Below, in pieces: positions 39,808 to 49,582 of a DNA stretch of 64,000 bases. The notes beneath the pieces are model-generated. The model saw only the letters and a program-made list of their open reading frames with translations, searched no databases and was not told the DNA's origin. Source of the stretch: a bacterium (GTDB lineage Bacteria > Zhuqueibacterota > Zhuqueibacteria > Residuimicrobiales > Krinioviventaceae); contig OY843751.1 of NCBI GenBank assembly GCA_963693055.1, positions 864,001 through 928,000 on the forward strand, read 5' to 3'. Position 1 is the stretch's first letter. Every line of letters starts with the position of its first letter. The translations under genes were made by a program, and so were the position numbers.

Positions 39808-40842
39808 TTATTCAGTTTTGGGTTTCTTTTCTTCTTCAAGTTGTTTTCTCAGTTCTTCAAGATCTTTGACAACTTTTTTACGCTTTTGTTGTATCTGGTC
39901 AAGTTCTTTACGTTCTTCCTGGCGTTGATCTTCAATTTCTCTTTCTTTACGGGTTTTGCCGGCAAAGATATTGGTACGGTATGTCACACCAAACATGACT
40001 TTCCAATTCGCATAATCTTTAAGAAACGGATTTGCACCCAGGTTTTCATTTTCGGGAGTGAATCTACCCAATTCAAAATCAGCTGCCAGATCACAAATCA
40101 AATGCCAGGGACCAACAAATCTAAAACCCTGGGTGAAGCGGATAAAGTTTTGACTTGGAGTTATATCTGCATTATTGATAAACATTTCACCTGTAAATTC
40201 AGAGTAAAACAGAGATGATCTTACCGGGAATTTGAAGCCGAGACCGCCAATGATTTGATCTTTTTCCGAAGAAAAATAAGCATCGGACCAGTTATTGTCT
40301 AGGTATCCCAAATTGATTGAAAGCTTCATTGGAAATGTTTTGATATAATCTTTGAAATCCAAAGTTGATAACAACATCAAACCCCAACCCATCGCATCGT
40401 CAGTATAAGATTCAAATTGAACATTGTGATTCAATGCAGTTGGAAATTTCACAAAACCAGCAAGCCCCAATTGTACCATAGAACCGTAACGGGGAATATG
40501 ATATTTTACATATAATCTTGAATCACCAATGGGTCCCCAGGTATGCTTTTGATCATCCTGATAGGGAGTAAGTTGTGCAAATACTTCAAATTGTTCAGAA
40601 AGGCTTGTTGTAATTCCCAAATGTAAAGCATGGTCTTCACTAAAACTTTCATTATCACCGGAACCATAAAAAGAATACACAGGATTAATCGCCAAAACTC
40701 CCGGGTGTATTGTCTCAGCTTCTATGATTCTGAATAAACCTTTGCCGCCAAAATAAGATACTTGAGCAAAACTATTCATTGAAAAAAGTATAATGAAAAC
40801 AACAAATAAGGTTCTGATATTTGTCAATTTATTCCTGTTCAT
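39808..40842 (-). CDS. Outer-membrane beta-barrel-like protein with C-terminal coiled coil
   Basis: Signal peptide (SFA-Q), GKGLFRIIEAETI, GDSRL, amphipathic strands and charged helical tail. Confidence 0.65.
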   Translation of the reverse strand: MNRNKLTNIRTLFVVFIILFSMNSFAQVSYFGGKGLFRIIEAETIHPGVLAINPVYSFYGSGDNESFSEDHALHLGITTSLSEQFEVFAQLTPYQDDQKHTWGPIGDSRLYVKYHIPRYGSMVQLGLAGFVKFPTALNHNVQFESYTDDAMGWGLMLLSTLDFKDYIKTFPMKLSINLGYLDNNWSDAYFSSEKDQIIGGLGFKFPVRSSLFYSEFTGEMFINNADITPSQNFIRFTQGFRFVGPWHLICDLAADFELGRFTPENENLGANPFLKDYANWKVMFGVTYRTNIFAGKTRKEREIEDQRQEERKELDQIQQKRKKVVKDLEELRKQLEEEKKPKTE

Positions 40843-40964
40843 TCTCTATTCTCCCTTGTTCGGAGTTAATTAATATAACTGTATTACTTGACTAAACATA
40901 TAATTTAAAATTTGTATTGCAAAATTCCAATAATAAATTTGAAATCGGGATTTTTTAAATAGCC

Positions 40965-43121
40965 CTACAACATCCCAAACTTTTTGCGCAAAAACCATTC
41001 CAATGAAAGCAAAGTTACAATTGTTATCAGAATTATTTTATGGTTCCAAACATCAACTTGAAATGTATTTGAAATTTCCCGGGTTTGCCCTTTGATTTCA
41101 GAAAAGAGTATATTTAATGAATCCGGGGGTATATATTTTCCGCCACTTTTTAGCGCTAGTTCTTTTAAAACAGGAATTTGGAGACGTGTGTTTGCCAACT
41201 CTGAATTATAGTTGCCCATACTAAACAGAGCAATGTTTTGCTTGTCAGGGGGCAAGATTGGTGTTTTAAGCTTTAGCTGATAATCACCAGATTCGTCCAG
41301 GTATATCGTTTTTGTAAATTGGTTTTCTTTATTTGGATCCAGTTGCATGTATTCGGTTTCATTTTTGTGATCGAGCTGTAGGGTAATTTCATTTTTGTAA
41401 TTGCCTATTGCGTCAGGATTAATAATGCTGGCATGTATGTGTACAGGATCTCCAAAATTGTAATTCTTTTTATCGGTAGAGATTTGCACCCAATTGGTTT
41501 CTTTTTTTACTTCAAGCCATTGTAAAGAGTTTAGAATAAAGTTTTCGTAAACCTTGTCTTCATTCTCCACACCTCTCATCATCAAGTCCCATCGCCATGT
41601 ATCATATGCCATTAGCGCTTCGGATTTATGATTGTTTTCGCTTCTTACAAGGACTAGCGGAACGACTAGTTTTTCTGAGGAGCCTGTAGCCGCTTGCGCC
41701 AGTACCTGTGTTCCCGGCCACATATTGGTTATACTTACATCTGAAAAGGCCGGTGGTAGCTTTTGCCAGTTGTAATAATTATCTCCCGATGCGTTTGTGC
41801 CAAGCATGATTGGGTGGCTTTTACCATTGGCTGTTAAGGTTGGTGAAACCTGGGTGAACTTTATTTGGTTTACAGGTAATTTAAAAGGTAGAAATTCTTG
41901 AAAATTGCTCAATTGATTAAAATCTATTTTGGGACCAGTTATGAGTAAGAGTGGCTTTTTATCTGTTCTTAACCGTTCAGCTATCTGATTGGTTATTGAT
42001 TTGCTGCTGCTGGTAACAGGATAATTTAACAAAATAAATAGATCTGTTTCTTTCAAGATTGTGGATACATCTTGATCAGTTTTATAAAAGCTGCCTTCTT
42101 TTTTTTGTACGAGTTTGGTTATTTGATAACGATCTGTATTTTGAATATATCTGCTGATAAAAGAGATATCTGTAGTTGGCCCGCCTGCAACAAGGGTTAC
42201 GTTTTGTTTTGCTTTTAATACTTCATGATAAAGTGTATATGTATTGTTTTGATGTAATAGTTCATCTGACTGCTGAGGGATTGATACCATTACTTTGTGT
42301 TGCCCTTCTTTTTCCGGAGTATAACTCATTTCAAGATTAATTTCGGAAGGAGAGGAGGGAATTGTTATGGTTTGGGTTTGTTGTGATTTCTCATCAATGT
42401 ACAAGGTTACTGGAATTACCAGATTGCTAAATCCTGTGGTACGGATAGTGATAATAAATTCTGCCGGCTCATTTATATATGTAAAGGGATTGGTTTGTAC
42501 ATAGTCTATACTAATATCCCGAATGGGATTAGCAGAACCAATACCCACAGGATATACAGGGATTGATGATTCTGTGGAAAATCGGGCAGGGCTGCCGCCT
42601 TGATTGTAATTACCATCGGTATAAATTACAATTGCAGACAGGTTATTATTTTCCTGATCTTGCTTGATATAGTTTAAAGCCTTGCTGATATTTGTAACAT
42701 CCCCCGAGAAATCTTGAATGATTGCTTTATTCCCTTCGACAGGTTGAATATCACCAGAGAATGTATAATATTTTAACTGGAATTTTTCTAACAGTTGATC
42801 AAAAACAGGATTGTTTGCAGTTTTTTCTAAAAGGCTAACGCGACTACCATTGGCATCTTTTATTGACATACTTTTACTGTTATCAATTGCAATACCAATA
42901 ACCGGTTCAAGCTGTTTGTTTGTATTGTAAAACAGTTGACCTTGAAAAAGCACAACAAATAATAAGAAAAAAACAAGCCCGCGTAAGAATGCCAATACAA
43001 GTTTAGAGTACAGAGGAATAGCCGGAACTGTTTTACGATAAACATATAGCGTAAATGCTAAAGAGATTATAAGGGTAATGATAAAAATTTCAATGTGTTG
43101 TATAAACAAGCTATAATGCAT
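40965..43121 (-). CDS. Membrane-anchored vWA-domain protein (vWA + Ig-like + GATase-like)
   Basis: Two N-terminal TMs, IDNSKSM (MIDAS-like), TDG, TWRW and C-terminal EWFLRKKFGML. Confidence 0.8.
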   Translation of the reverse strand: MHYSLFIQHIEIFIITLIISLAFTLYVYRKTVPAIPLYSKLVLAFLRGLVFFLLFVVLFQGQLFYNTNKQLEPVIGIAIDNSKSMSIKDANGSRVSLLEKTANNPVFDQLLEKFQLKYYTFSGDIQPVEGNKAIIQDFSGDVTNISKALNYIKQDQENNNLSAIVIYTDGNYNQGGSPARFSTESSIPVYPVGIGSANPIRDISIDYVQTNPFTYINEPAEFIITIRTTGFSNLVIPVTLYIDEKSQQTQTITIPSSPSEINLEMSYTPEKEGQHKVMVSIPQQSDELLHQNNTYTLYHEVLKAKQNVTLVAGGPTTDISFISRYIQNTDRYQITKLVQKKEGSFYKTDQDVSTILKETDLFILLNYPVTSSSKSITNQIAERLRTDKKPLLLITGPKIDFNQLSNFQEFLPFKLPVNQIKFTQVSPTLTANGKSHPIMLGTNASGDNYYNWQKLPPAFSDVSITNMWPGTQVLAQAATGSSEKLVVPLVLVRSENNHKSEALMAYDTWRWDLMMRGVENEDKVYENFILNSLQWLEVKKETNWVQISTDKKNYNFGDPVHIHASIINPDAIGNYKNEITLQLDHKNETEYMQLDPNKENQFTKTIYLDESGDYQLKLKTPILPPDKQNIALFSMGNYNSELANTRLQIPVLKELALKSGGKYIPPDSLNILFSEIKGQTREISNTFQVDVWNHKIILITIVTLLSLEWFLRKKFGML

Positions 43122-43142
43122 AATTTATCTATATCCTTAATC

Positions 43143-44147
43143 TCAATAACCAGCTAGTGCAAGGTTGGGTACAGCATCCAGTTCAAAATCTGATAATTCT
43201 CCATTTTTCAAATGATAGTAACCGGCACGTGCAATCATTGCTGCGTTGTCTGTACACAGCTCTGGGTCGGGTACATAGAAATTAACTTTGGAATTTTCAC
43301 AATGTTCCTTAAATGTTTTGCGAAGCGTATTGTTTCTTACAACACCTCCGGCAAGAATGAGTGTTGAACAATTGAACTGTTCAAGCGCCTGAATGCTTTT
43401 TTTCAAGAGAACATCTATCACTGCGTTTTGAAAACTTGCACATATATTTGGAATGGATAACGTGTTGTTTTTTCTTTTTTCAGATTCAATATAATATAGA
43501 ACAGATGTTTTTAAACCACTAAAGCTAAAATTAAAATTATTCTTTTCCAGCAAGGCACGAGGAAAATAAATAGCATTGGGATCACCCTGATTTGCTGAAT
43601 TTTCAACTGCCGGGCCGCCCGGGTATCCCAGACCGATGATCTTGGCGACTTTGTCAAACGCTTCACCTGCTGCATCATCAATGGTTTGCCCAATAATTTT
43701 ATACTCCAGGGGACTTTTAATATGTACCAATATGGTATGGCCGCCAGAAGCAACCAATCCTATAGCAGGGTATTGGATATCTTGTTCATTTGCATGTACT
43801 GCCAGCAAGTGTCCTTCAATATGGTTCACGCCAATAAAAGGTATGTTTAAGCGTAGAGCAAGGCTTTTCGCAAAGCACATTCCTACCAGTAAAGAGCCTG
43901 CTAGTCCCGGTCCATGGGTTACAGCAATAGAATCAATTTCCTGATACGAGATGCCGGCATTTTTTACAGCAAGTTGAACAATGGGGACTATTTTTTGAAT
44001 ATGTGCTCGTGATGCAAACTCGGGCACTACACCGCCATATTGCTCGTGGATATGTTGAGTTGCTATAATATTGCTTTTTATAAGAGTATCATCAACCAGT
44101 GACGCACTTGTTTCGTCACAAGATGTTTCTATTCCTAGAACGATCAT
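43143..44147 (-). CDS. tsaD: tRNA t6A37 threonylcarbamoyltransferase
   Basis: GIETSCDET, GGVVPE, HIEGH, SGGHT and CTDNAAMI. Confidence 0.97.
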   Translation of the reverse strand: MIVLGIETSCDETSASLVDDTLIKSNIIATQHIHEQYGGVVPEFASRAHIQKIVPIVQLAVKNAGISYQEIDSIAVTHGPGLAGSLLVGMCFAKSLALRLNIPFIGVNHIEGHLLAVHANEQDIQYPAIGLVASGGHTILVHIKSPLEYKIIGQTIDDAAGEAFDKVAKIIGLGYPGGPAVENSANQGDPNAIYFPRALLEKNNFNFSFSGLKTSVLYYIESEKRKNNTLSIPNICASFQNAVIDVLLKKSIQALEQFNCSTLILAGGVVRNNTLRKTFKEHCENSKVNFYVPDPELCTDNAAMIARAGYYHLKNGELSDFELDAVPNLALAGY

Positions 44148-44150
44148 TTA

Positions 44151-45116
44151 CTAATCTCTTTTTAAAATAATTTTAAATCGTTGTGGTTCAATATTTGTAT
44201 AGCGAACACCGGGTAACGGTTTTATATACGCGGGGAAATTTTGTTGACTGTTTGGGCGTTGTTTTTGATAATCAATATAAGCATCTATATCTGCCTCATT
44301 GATAGGAAATACCACATTAACACCTCCCTGAACAACCAGAGAGAGGTTTGAGGGAATTACCAAAGCTGTTACATTCGGTGGCAGGTTCTTAACTTTGACT
44401 GGAATATTATTGATCTGTTTCTCCATTAATTTTTGAACATCAGCAGTAACAGTTACTTTGGTGGTTAACAAATCCAGATGATGAATTTGCGGGTCAATCA
44501 GTTCAAGTTGCCTTTCAATAGGGTATTTCAGGTCGCTCAGTTCAAGACGTTTTGATTGGATTGTATCAATGGAATCAATCAAAGATTTAGGAGCGCGAAT
44601 TAAAACTTCTTCCGGCTCTATTTTGATGTCATCAACAATTGTGAAACCATTTTGAGGTTTTAAAAAGATTTCTGTTTTTACCTTTACAGATTTTGTTTCC
44701 AATTTTTCAATGTAAAGCTGTAAAGTATCAGGCTCAAGATATTTTAAAACAGAGATTTTTTTAGCATTCCCCGATAATGAAATGTTTTCCAGAGTTGGGT
44801 GGATTGTGTGTAAACCGGGTTCCCAATTGGGCTCAATGCGGAGTTTACCTTCATTAAATAGGAGGTAGGTCAATAAATGAATACCTTGACCACGCAACAA
44901 TACCTTGCCGGTTTTTTGGTAATTGTTTGTAACAATATAATCGTTACGAGTACCCGGACACGTGATCTGAATAGGGGCTTCATAATCAAATGTTCCACCG
45001 GTAACAATAAAAAACCATACAGTGGCAGCTATGAAAGTTGAGGCAATTTTAACCCGGTGTTTTTCCCAAAAATTATTGTTTCGAGAAAACAAGACATTTT
45101 TATTCAATAAATTCAA
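44151..45116 (-). CDS. YbbR/CdaR-like protein
   Basis: N-terminal TM (KIASTFIAATVWFFI) and repeated YbbR beta domains (IEPEEVLIRAP). Confidence 0.75.
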   Translation of the reverse strand: MNLLNKNVLFSRNNNFWEKHRVKIASTFIAATVWFFIVTGGTFDYEAPIQITCPGTRNDYIVTNNYQKTGKVLLRGQGIHLLTYLLFNEGKLRIEPNWEPGLHTIHPTLENISLSGNAKKISVLKYLEPDTLQLYIEKLETKSVKVKTEIFLKPQNGFTIVDDIKIEPEEVLIRAPKSLIDSIDTIQSKRLELSDLKYPIERQLELIDPQIHHLDLLTTKVTVTADVQKLMEKQINNIPVKVKNLPPNVTALVIPSNLSLVVQGGVNVVFPINEADIDAYIDYQKQRPNSQQNFPAYIKPLPGVRYTNIEPQRFKIILKRD

Positions 45117-45167
45117 TTTCGGCTAACCGATAATTATCCGCAAAAGCAACATATGCATAAAATGCTA

Positions 45168-45359
45168 TTATTTGGTTGATTCCTTAATACCTTTCCCCAA
45201 GCTGATTTCTCCATTGTCAATGCGGATATTGAAACCACAGTCTGGATTTGTGCAAACCCAGGCTTTATATTCAATGGTTGCTCCATCTCTTCCGTAATCT
45301 GAAAGCGGGACCAGAATGCCAACATTGCATTTTAAACATTTAGGATAACTGTTTTCCAC
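45168..45359 (-). CDS. Small zinc-ribbon protein
   Basis: CLKC...WVCTNPDC; AAGGA RBS before GTG. Confidence 0.7.
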   Translation of the reverse strand: MENSYPKCLKCNVGILVPLSDYGRDGATIEYKAWVCTNPDCGFNIRIDNGEISLGKGIKESTK

Positions 45360-45498
45360 GGTATTTTCCTTATATTGTGGTAAATTTTTACTTTAGGAAA
45401 CACTTAATTTAGTAAAATAATTCATCTGAATTATAAAATCAACTCTTTTTATTCAAAATATTAAAGTTTTTACCCGATAGTAAAATAAAGGAAAGGAT

Positions 45499-45521
45499 AA
45501 AAGGGGAAATTAGATTTCCCC
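45499..45521 (-). terminator. Probable terminator after rplI
   Basis: GGGGAAAT-TAG-ATTTCCCC stem with a short A tract on + strand. Confidence 0.5.
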
Positions 45522-45558
45522 TCGAATTTTCCAAAAAAATAGAAAAACTAAAAAGCAA

Positions 45559-46002
45559 TTAGGAGCGAACTACCCAAATTTTAATTTTAACTTCAACTTC
45601 GGGATGTAATTTTACAGGAACATCGTAAACACCCAAAGCTTTCAGAGGTTCTTCAAGAATGATTTTTTTACGATCGATATCGTAATTTTGTTCTTTGAGT
45701 AGATCAGCAATATTCTGATTTGTAATGGCGCCAAAAACTTTATCATCTTCACCAACCTGAACTGAAGCAGTAATAGATACTTTTTCAAGCTTGGCAGCCA
45801 GTTCTTCAGCTTCAAGTTTTCCCTTGAGAGCCTTTTTCTCTAGCAATTTAATTTCTTCTTTAAAAGCTTTCATATTAGATGGAGTGGCAGCAATTGCTTT
45901 TGAAGAAGGGATTAAATAATTTCTGGCATAACCGTTTTTAACTTCTACAATTTCTCCGGCTTTTCCCAGATTTTCGATATTTTCTTTTAATATTATTTTC
46001 AT
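45559..46002 (-). CDS. rplI: 50S ribosomal protein L9
   Basis: LGKAG..VEVKNGYARNYLIP motif. Confidence 0.98.
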   Translation of the reverse strand: MKIILKENIENLGKAGEIVEVKNGYARNYLIPSSKAIAATPSNMKAFKEEIKLLEKKALKGKLEAEELAAKLEKVSITASVQVGEDDKVFGAITNQNIADLLKEQNYDIDRKKIILEEPLKALGVYDVPVKLHPEVEVKIKIWVVRS

Positions 46003-46020
46003 GGTCCCTTTCCCAGTTTT

Positions 46021-46242
46021 TTATTTCGTCAAGTCTGCAACATACGGAACAAGTGCGAGCTCTCTTGCTAATTTGATAGCAGATACAAGTTGGCGTTGAT
46101 GTTTTGCACAAGTGCCGGAAGTTCTTCTGGGAATAATTTTTCCCTGTTCTGTGGTAAAGCGCTGTAAACGTTTTTCGTCTTTATAATCAATGTAAAGAAT
46201 TTTCTCTTCACAAAATCTGCACATTCGTTTCTTTTTGAGCAT
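46021..46242 (-). CDS. rpsR: 30S ribosomal protein S18 (Zn-binding C+ type)
   Basis: CRFC, IDYKD and [17 protein letters not shown]; ATG at 46242 with GGAG. Confidence 0.98.
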   Translation of the reverse strand: MLKKKRMCRFCEEKILYIDYKDEKRLQRFTTEQGKIIPRRTSGTCAKHQRQLVSAIKLARELALVPYVADLTK

Positions 46243-46257
46243 ATACACTCCTTTAAA

Positions 46258-46797
46258 TTATAGATTTAGATTTTTGTAGCCAAAATCAAAATCTGTAGGT
46301 TTTACTTTAATTTCATTTGTTTCTGAATCTGTACCTTCTTGAGGTTCCTCATGATTTAAATCATCAGCTTGAGGTTTGTCTTCAATAGTTTCTGTTTCAA
46401 TATCTTTGTAACTATTTTGATCAGGCATGGTTTCCTCAACTTCCGTCAGTACCTGTCTGTCTAGAAATTGTATTCTACGTGCTCTAATTTCTACTACATT
46501 TCGAGTTGTACCATCTTCGTTTTTCCAGCTTCTGCTTTGCAATTCGCCGTCAACAAGAATGGAACTGCCACGCTTTAAAACTTCGTTACAGGCATCGGCA
46601 AGTTTATGCCAGGCAACAATTCCGACGTAACATACGTTTTCACGCCAGATACCAGAATTATCACGATACTTTCGGTTTGAGGCAATATAGAAATTTGCAA
46701 CAGAAGTACCGTTGCTTGTTTTTCTGAACGTTGGATCACCTGTCAAGTTGCCTGCAATTAAGACATTATTAATGTCGGGCATTTTTAGTTCAGACAT
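46258..46797 (-). CDS. ssb: Single-stranded DNA-binding protein
   Basis: NNVLIAGNLTGDP, AWHKLA and VDGELQSRSW OB fold; rpsF-ssb-rpsR synteny. Confidence 0.92.
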   Translation of the reverse strand: MSELKMPDINNVLIAGNLTGDPTFRKTSNGTSVANFYIASNRKYRDNSGIWRENVCYVGIVAWHKLADACNEVLKRGSSILVDGELQSRSWKNEDGTTRNVVEIRARRIQFLDRQVLTEVEETMPDQNSYKDIETETIEDKPQADDLNHEEPQEGTDSETNEIKVKPTDFDFGYKNLNL

Positions 46798-46841
46798 AAT
46801 TGGCTCCTATAACCAGTTCATTTTCTGGTGTTGCTGAAAGT

Positions 46842-47306
46842 TTATTTTTCTTCAGTTTCTGATTCTTGAGCTTTTTCTTCAGCTGCCGGCTCTTCTGTAG
46901 CTTTTTCTTCTTCAACAACAGGTGTAGCAGGAGCTGCTTCTTTTTCTACTTTTGGCACTTCAGCTTTTTCAGGAGCTGCAGGTACTTGAGCTAATTTCTT
47001 CTCAAGAGCTTTTAACGCCATGGTAGTTAATTTGATAGTCTTGTAACGCAAGATCGATTCATTCAGGCGGTATTCGCGTTCAAGGGGTTTGATCATTGTC
47101 GGTAGTCCGTCAAAACGGATCAAGACATAATAACCATACTGACGTTTTTTAATTTCATAGCTGAGTCTTTTTTTACCCCAGCGTTCAATTGTTTCGATTT
47201 GTCCGCCATTTGCAGAAATGAATTTTTCGTATTTTGTAATAATATTATCAATTTCATCCGGCTTTAGAAGTGAATCGATGACAAATACAGTTTCGTATTT
47301 TCTCAA
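46842..47306 (-). CDS. rpsF: 30S ribosomal protein S6 with Ala/Glu-rich tail
   Basis: YETVF, WGKKRLSYEIKK and GYY motifs. Confidence 0.97.
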   Translation of the reverse strand: MRKYETVFVIDSLLKPDEIDNIITKYEKFISANGGQIETIERWGKKRLSYEIKKRQYGYYVLIRFDGLPTMIKPLEREYRLNESILRYKTIKLTTMALKALEKKLAQVPAAPEKAEVPKVEKEAAPATPVVEEEKATEEPAAEEKAQESETEEK

Positions 47307-47308
47307 GT

Positions 47309-47908
47309 TTATTCCTCCTGATAGGATTTGTGTTTTGGTTTGGCATTGAATATACTCATACTTTTTTCCAAACCATCGTTAATAAAACTGTTTACGGCAC
47401 TGTTAACGTGCTCTAAAATATCTGTCAGTTCTTTTCGTTCTGCCCGTGAAAACTTTGACAAAACAAAATGAACCATATTGTTTTTCAATTTTTCTGATCC
47501 AATACCTATGCGAAGTCTGGGAATGCCAGATGTATCCATTTCCTGAATTATTGATTCCAGGCCATTGTGTCCGCCTGAGCTCCCTTTGCCACGAATTCGA
47601 ATTCTACCAAATTCGAGTGAAACATCATCATAGATAATTAAGATATGATCAGGGTGTATATTGTAGTCCTTTGCTATGGCCGATACCGCAAGGCCACTGC
47701 GATTCATATATGTCAATGGTTTTACATAGACCAAGGTAGAATCACCATGATTAACAGTGTAAAGTGTTGACATGTATGCGTTGCTTTTCAAAGAACTGTT
47801 TATTGATTTTACAATAGTATCAATAGCCATAAAACCAATATTGTGTCGGGTTTTTTTGTACCGAAAACCGGGATTACCTAACCCAACTATAAGAAAATAA
47901 TCTGACAT
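47309..47908 (-). CDS. pth: Peptidyl-tRNA hydrolase
   Basis: VGLGNPG, TRHNIG, TYMNRSG, GGHNGL and RLRIGIG. Confidence 0.97.
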   Translation of the reverse strand: MSDYFLIVGLGNPGFRYKKTRHNIGFMAIDTIVKSINSSLKSNAYMSTLYTVNHGDSTLVYVKPLTYMNRSGLAVSAIAKDYNIHPDHILIIYDDVSLEFGRIRIRGKGSSGGHNGLESIIQEMDTSGIPRLRIGIGSEKLKNNMVHFVLSKFSRAERKELTDILEHVNSAVNSFINDGLEKSMSIFNAKPKHKSYQEE

Positions 47909-47922
47909 GAAATTCTGTGTTA

Positions 47923-48558
47923 TTAATCTTCATCTGAATCAGATTGTTTAAGAACTTCAGGTTCAGCTGAACCTTCTTCGCTTTCTTCAGATTCTACTGT
48001 TTCTTCAGCTATTCTTGGAGCTGTAACGGTAGCTACAACAGTATCATCTTCAGCGGAAAACGAGAATTTGTCGTCTTTTAATACATCCAGATACATTGTG
48101 TCACCAATATCCAGATCAGAAACATCAGCGCTAAAGTTTTCCGGAATGTCTGCAGGGAAACATTCGATTTCAACTTCACGAAGTACATGCTGTAAAACAC
48201 CGCCACTGTTTTTAACACCTACTGAAGATCCGGTAAGGTGTACAGGTACGGTAACTTTGATCTTTTCATCTAGTTTAATACCCAGCAAGTCGATGTGTAT
48301 TGGTTCCATGCGGATAGGATCGTACTGGATTTCGCGAACCACGCATTTTTTTTCTTCTTTACCATCAATTTTAATTGAAAGCATACCAGATTCATGGCCG
48401 GCAATGGCTTGAAGTGATTTGAGTTCAACTGAAAATGGAATGGGATCGGATCCATGGAAATAGTAAATTCCTGGAACTTTACCTTCTCTTTTCAGCTTTT
48501 TTGAATATTGTGTACCGGTTTCTGAACGGCGTTCAATATTTAATGAGATTTCAGACAT
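47923..48558 (-). CDS. rplY: 50S ribosomal protein L25/general stress protein Ctc
   Basis: GKVPGIYY, QYDP...HIDL and VGVKNSGG. Confidence 0.96.
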   Translation of the reverse strand: MSEISLNIERRSETGTQYSKKLKREGKVPGIYYFHGSDPIPFSVELKSLQAIAGHESGMLSIKIDGKEEKKCVVREIQYDPIRMEPIHIDLLGIKLDEKIKVTVPVHLTGSSVGVKNSGGVLQHVLREVEIECFPADIPENFSADVSDLDIGDTMYLDVLKDDKFSFSAEDDTVVATVTAPRIAEETVESEESEEGSAEPEVLKQSDSDED

Positions 48559-48613
48559 GAGTAAACTCCATTAATTATAGTCCGTTTGAAATGAATTGCA
48601 AAAAAAAAGTATA

Positions 48614-49582
48614 TTAGTGAATTGGTCCTTTTTGTGGAAACAAATCAGAAATGGACCGTTCTTCGTGAATTCTTGCAATGGCCTCTGCCAATAGTTTAGA
48701 TAAACAAACAATGTTCATGTTGCTCATTTTTTTCGATTTTGGCAGGTTAATTGAATTACTGACATAAAGTTGAGTTATTTCAGAATTTTCAATTTTTTCA
48801 ACAGCGTCTCCTGAAAGAAGAGCGTGGGTGCAGGCTACATAAATATTTTTTGCACCTTTATCTTTCAAAACTTTGACACCGCTTACAAGCGTACCTGCTG
48901 TATCGATGATATCATCAACAATAAGAACATTTTTATTGTTTACATCACCAATTAGTTCTGTTACATCGCAAACATTATGTTTAATGCGACGCTTATTCAG
49001 CATGGCCAAATCTGAGGATAGTCGGCTGGCGTATGCCCGAGCCAGGTGTATACCGCCAATATCAGGAGAGGCGACAACCAGGTCAGGAATTCCCATCGTT
49101 TTAAAGTGATCAATGAATATTGCAGCCGCATATAAATGATCCATAGGTATATCAAAAAATCCTTGAATCTGCGGTGCATGTAAATCCATGGTCAGCACAC
49201 GGTCCGCGCCGGCTTTGGTAATCAAATTAGTGACCAGTTTTGAACTGATGGAAACCCTGGGTTGGTCTTTCCGGTCTTGCCGGGCGTAACCAAAGTAAGG
49301 TATAACTGCTGTAATACGTGATGCGGAAGCTCGCTTTGCCGCATCAATCATAATTAGCAGTTCCAGCAGATTTTCTGATGGAGCATTTGTAGATTGGATT
49401 ATAAAGACATCTGTACCGCGAATGTTTTCCTGGTATTTTACCCAAAGCTCACCATCTGAAAAGTTTTTGATTGTGACCTTGCCCAGTTCTATCCCTAAAA
49501 CGTTGGCAATTTTTTGCGCAAGTTCGGGGTTCGACCGACCTGAAAACACCTGAATTTCGCGATTTGATTTGCTCTTTAGCAT
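48614..49582 (-). CDS. prs: Ribose-phosphate pyrophosphokinase
   Basis: FSDGE, PYFGYARQDRK, DLHAPQIQGFF and VDDIIDTAGT. Confidence 0.98.
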   Translation of the reverse strand: MLKSKSNREIQVFSGRSNPELAQKIANVLGIELGKVTIKNFSDGELWVKYQENIRGTDVFIIQSTNAPSENLLELLIMIDAAKRASASRITAVIPYFGYARQDRKDQPRVSISSKLVTNLITKAGADRVLTMDLHAPQIQGFFDIPMDHLYAAAIFIDHFKTMGIPDLVVASPDIGGIHLARAYASRLSSDLAMLNKRRIKHNVCDVTELIGDVNNKNVLIVDDIIDTAGTLVSGVKVLKDKGAKNIYVACTHALLSGDAVEKIENSEITQLYVSNSINLPKSKKMSNMNIVCLSKLLAEAIARIHEERSISDLFPQKGPIH

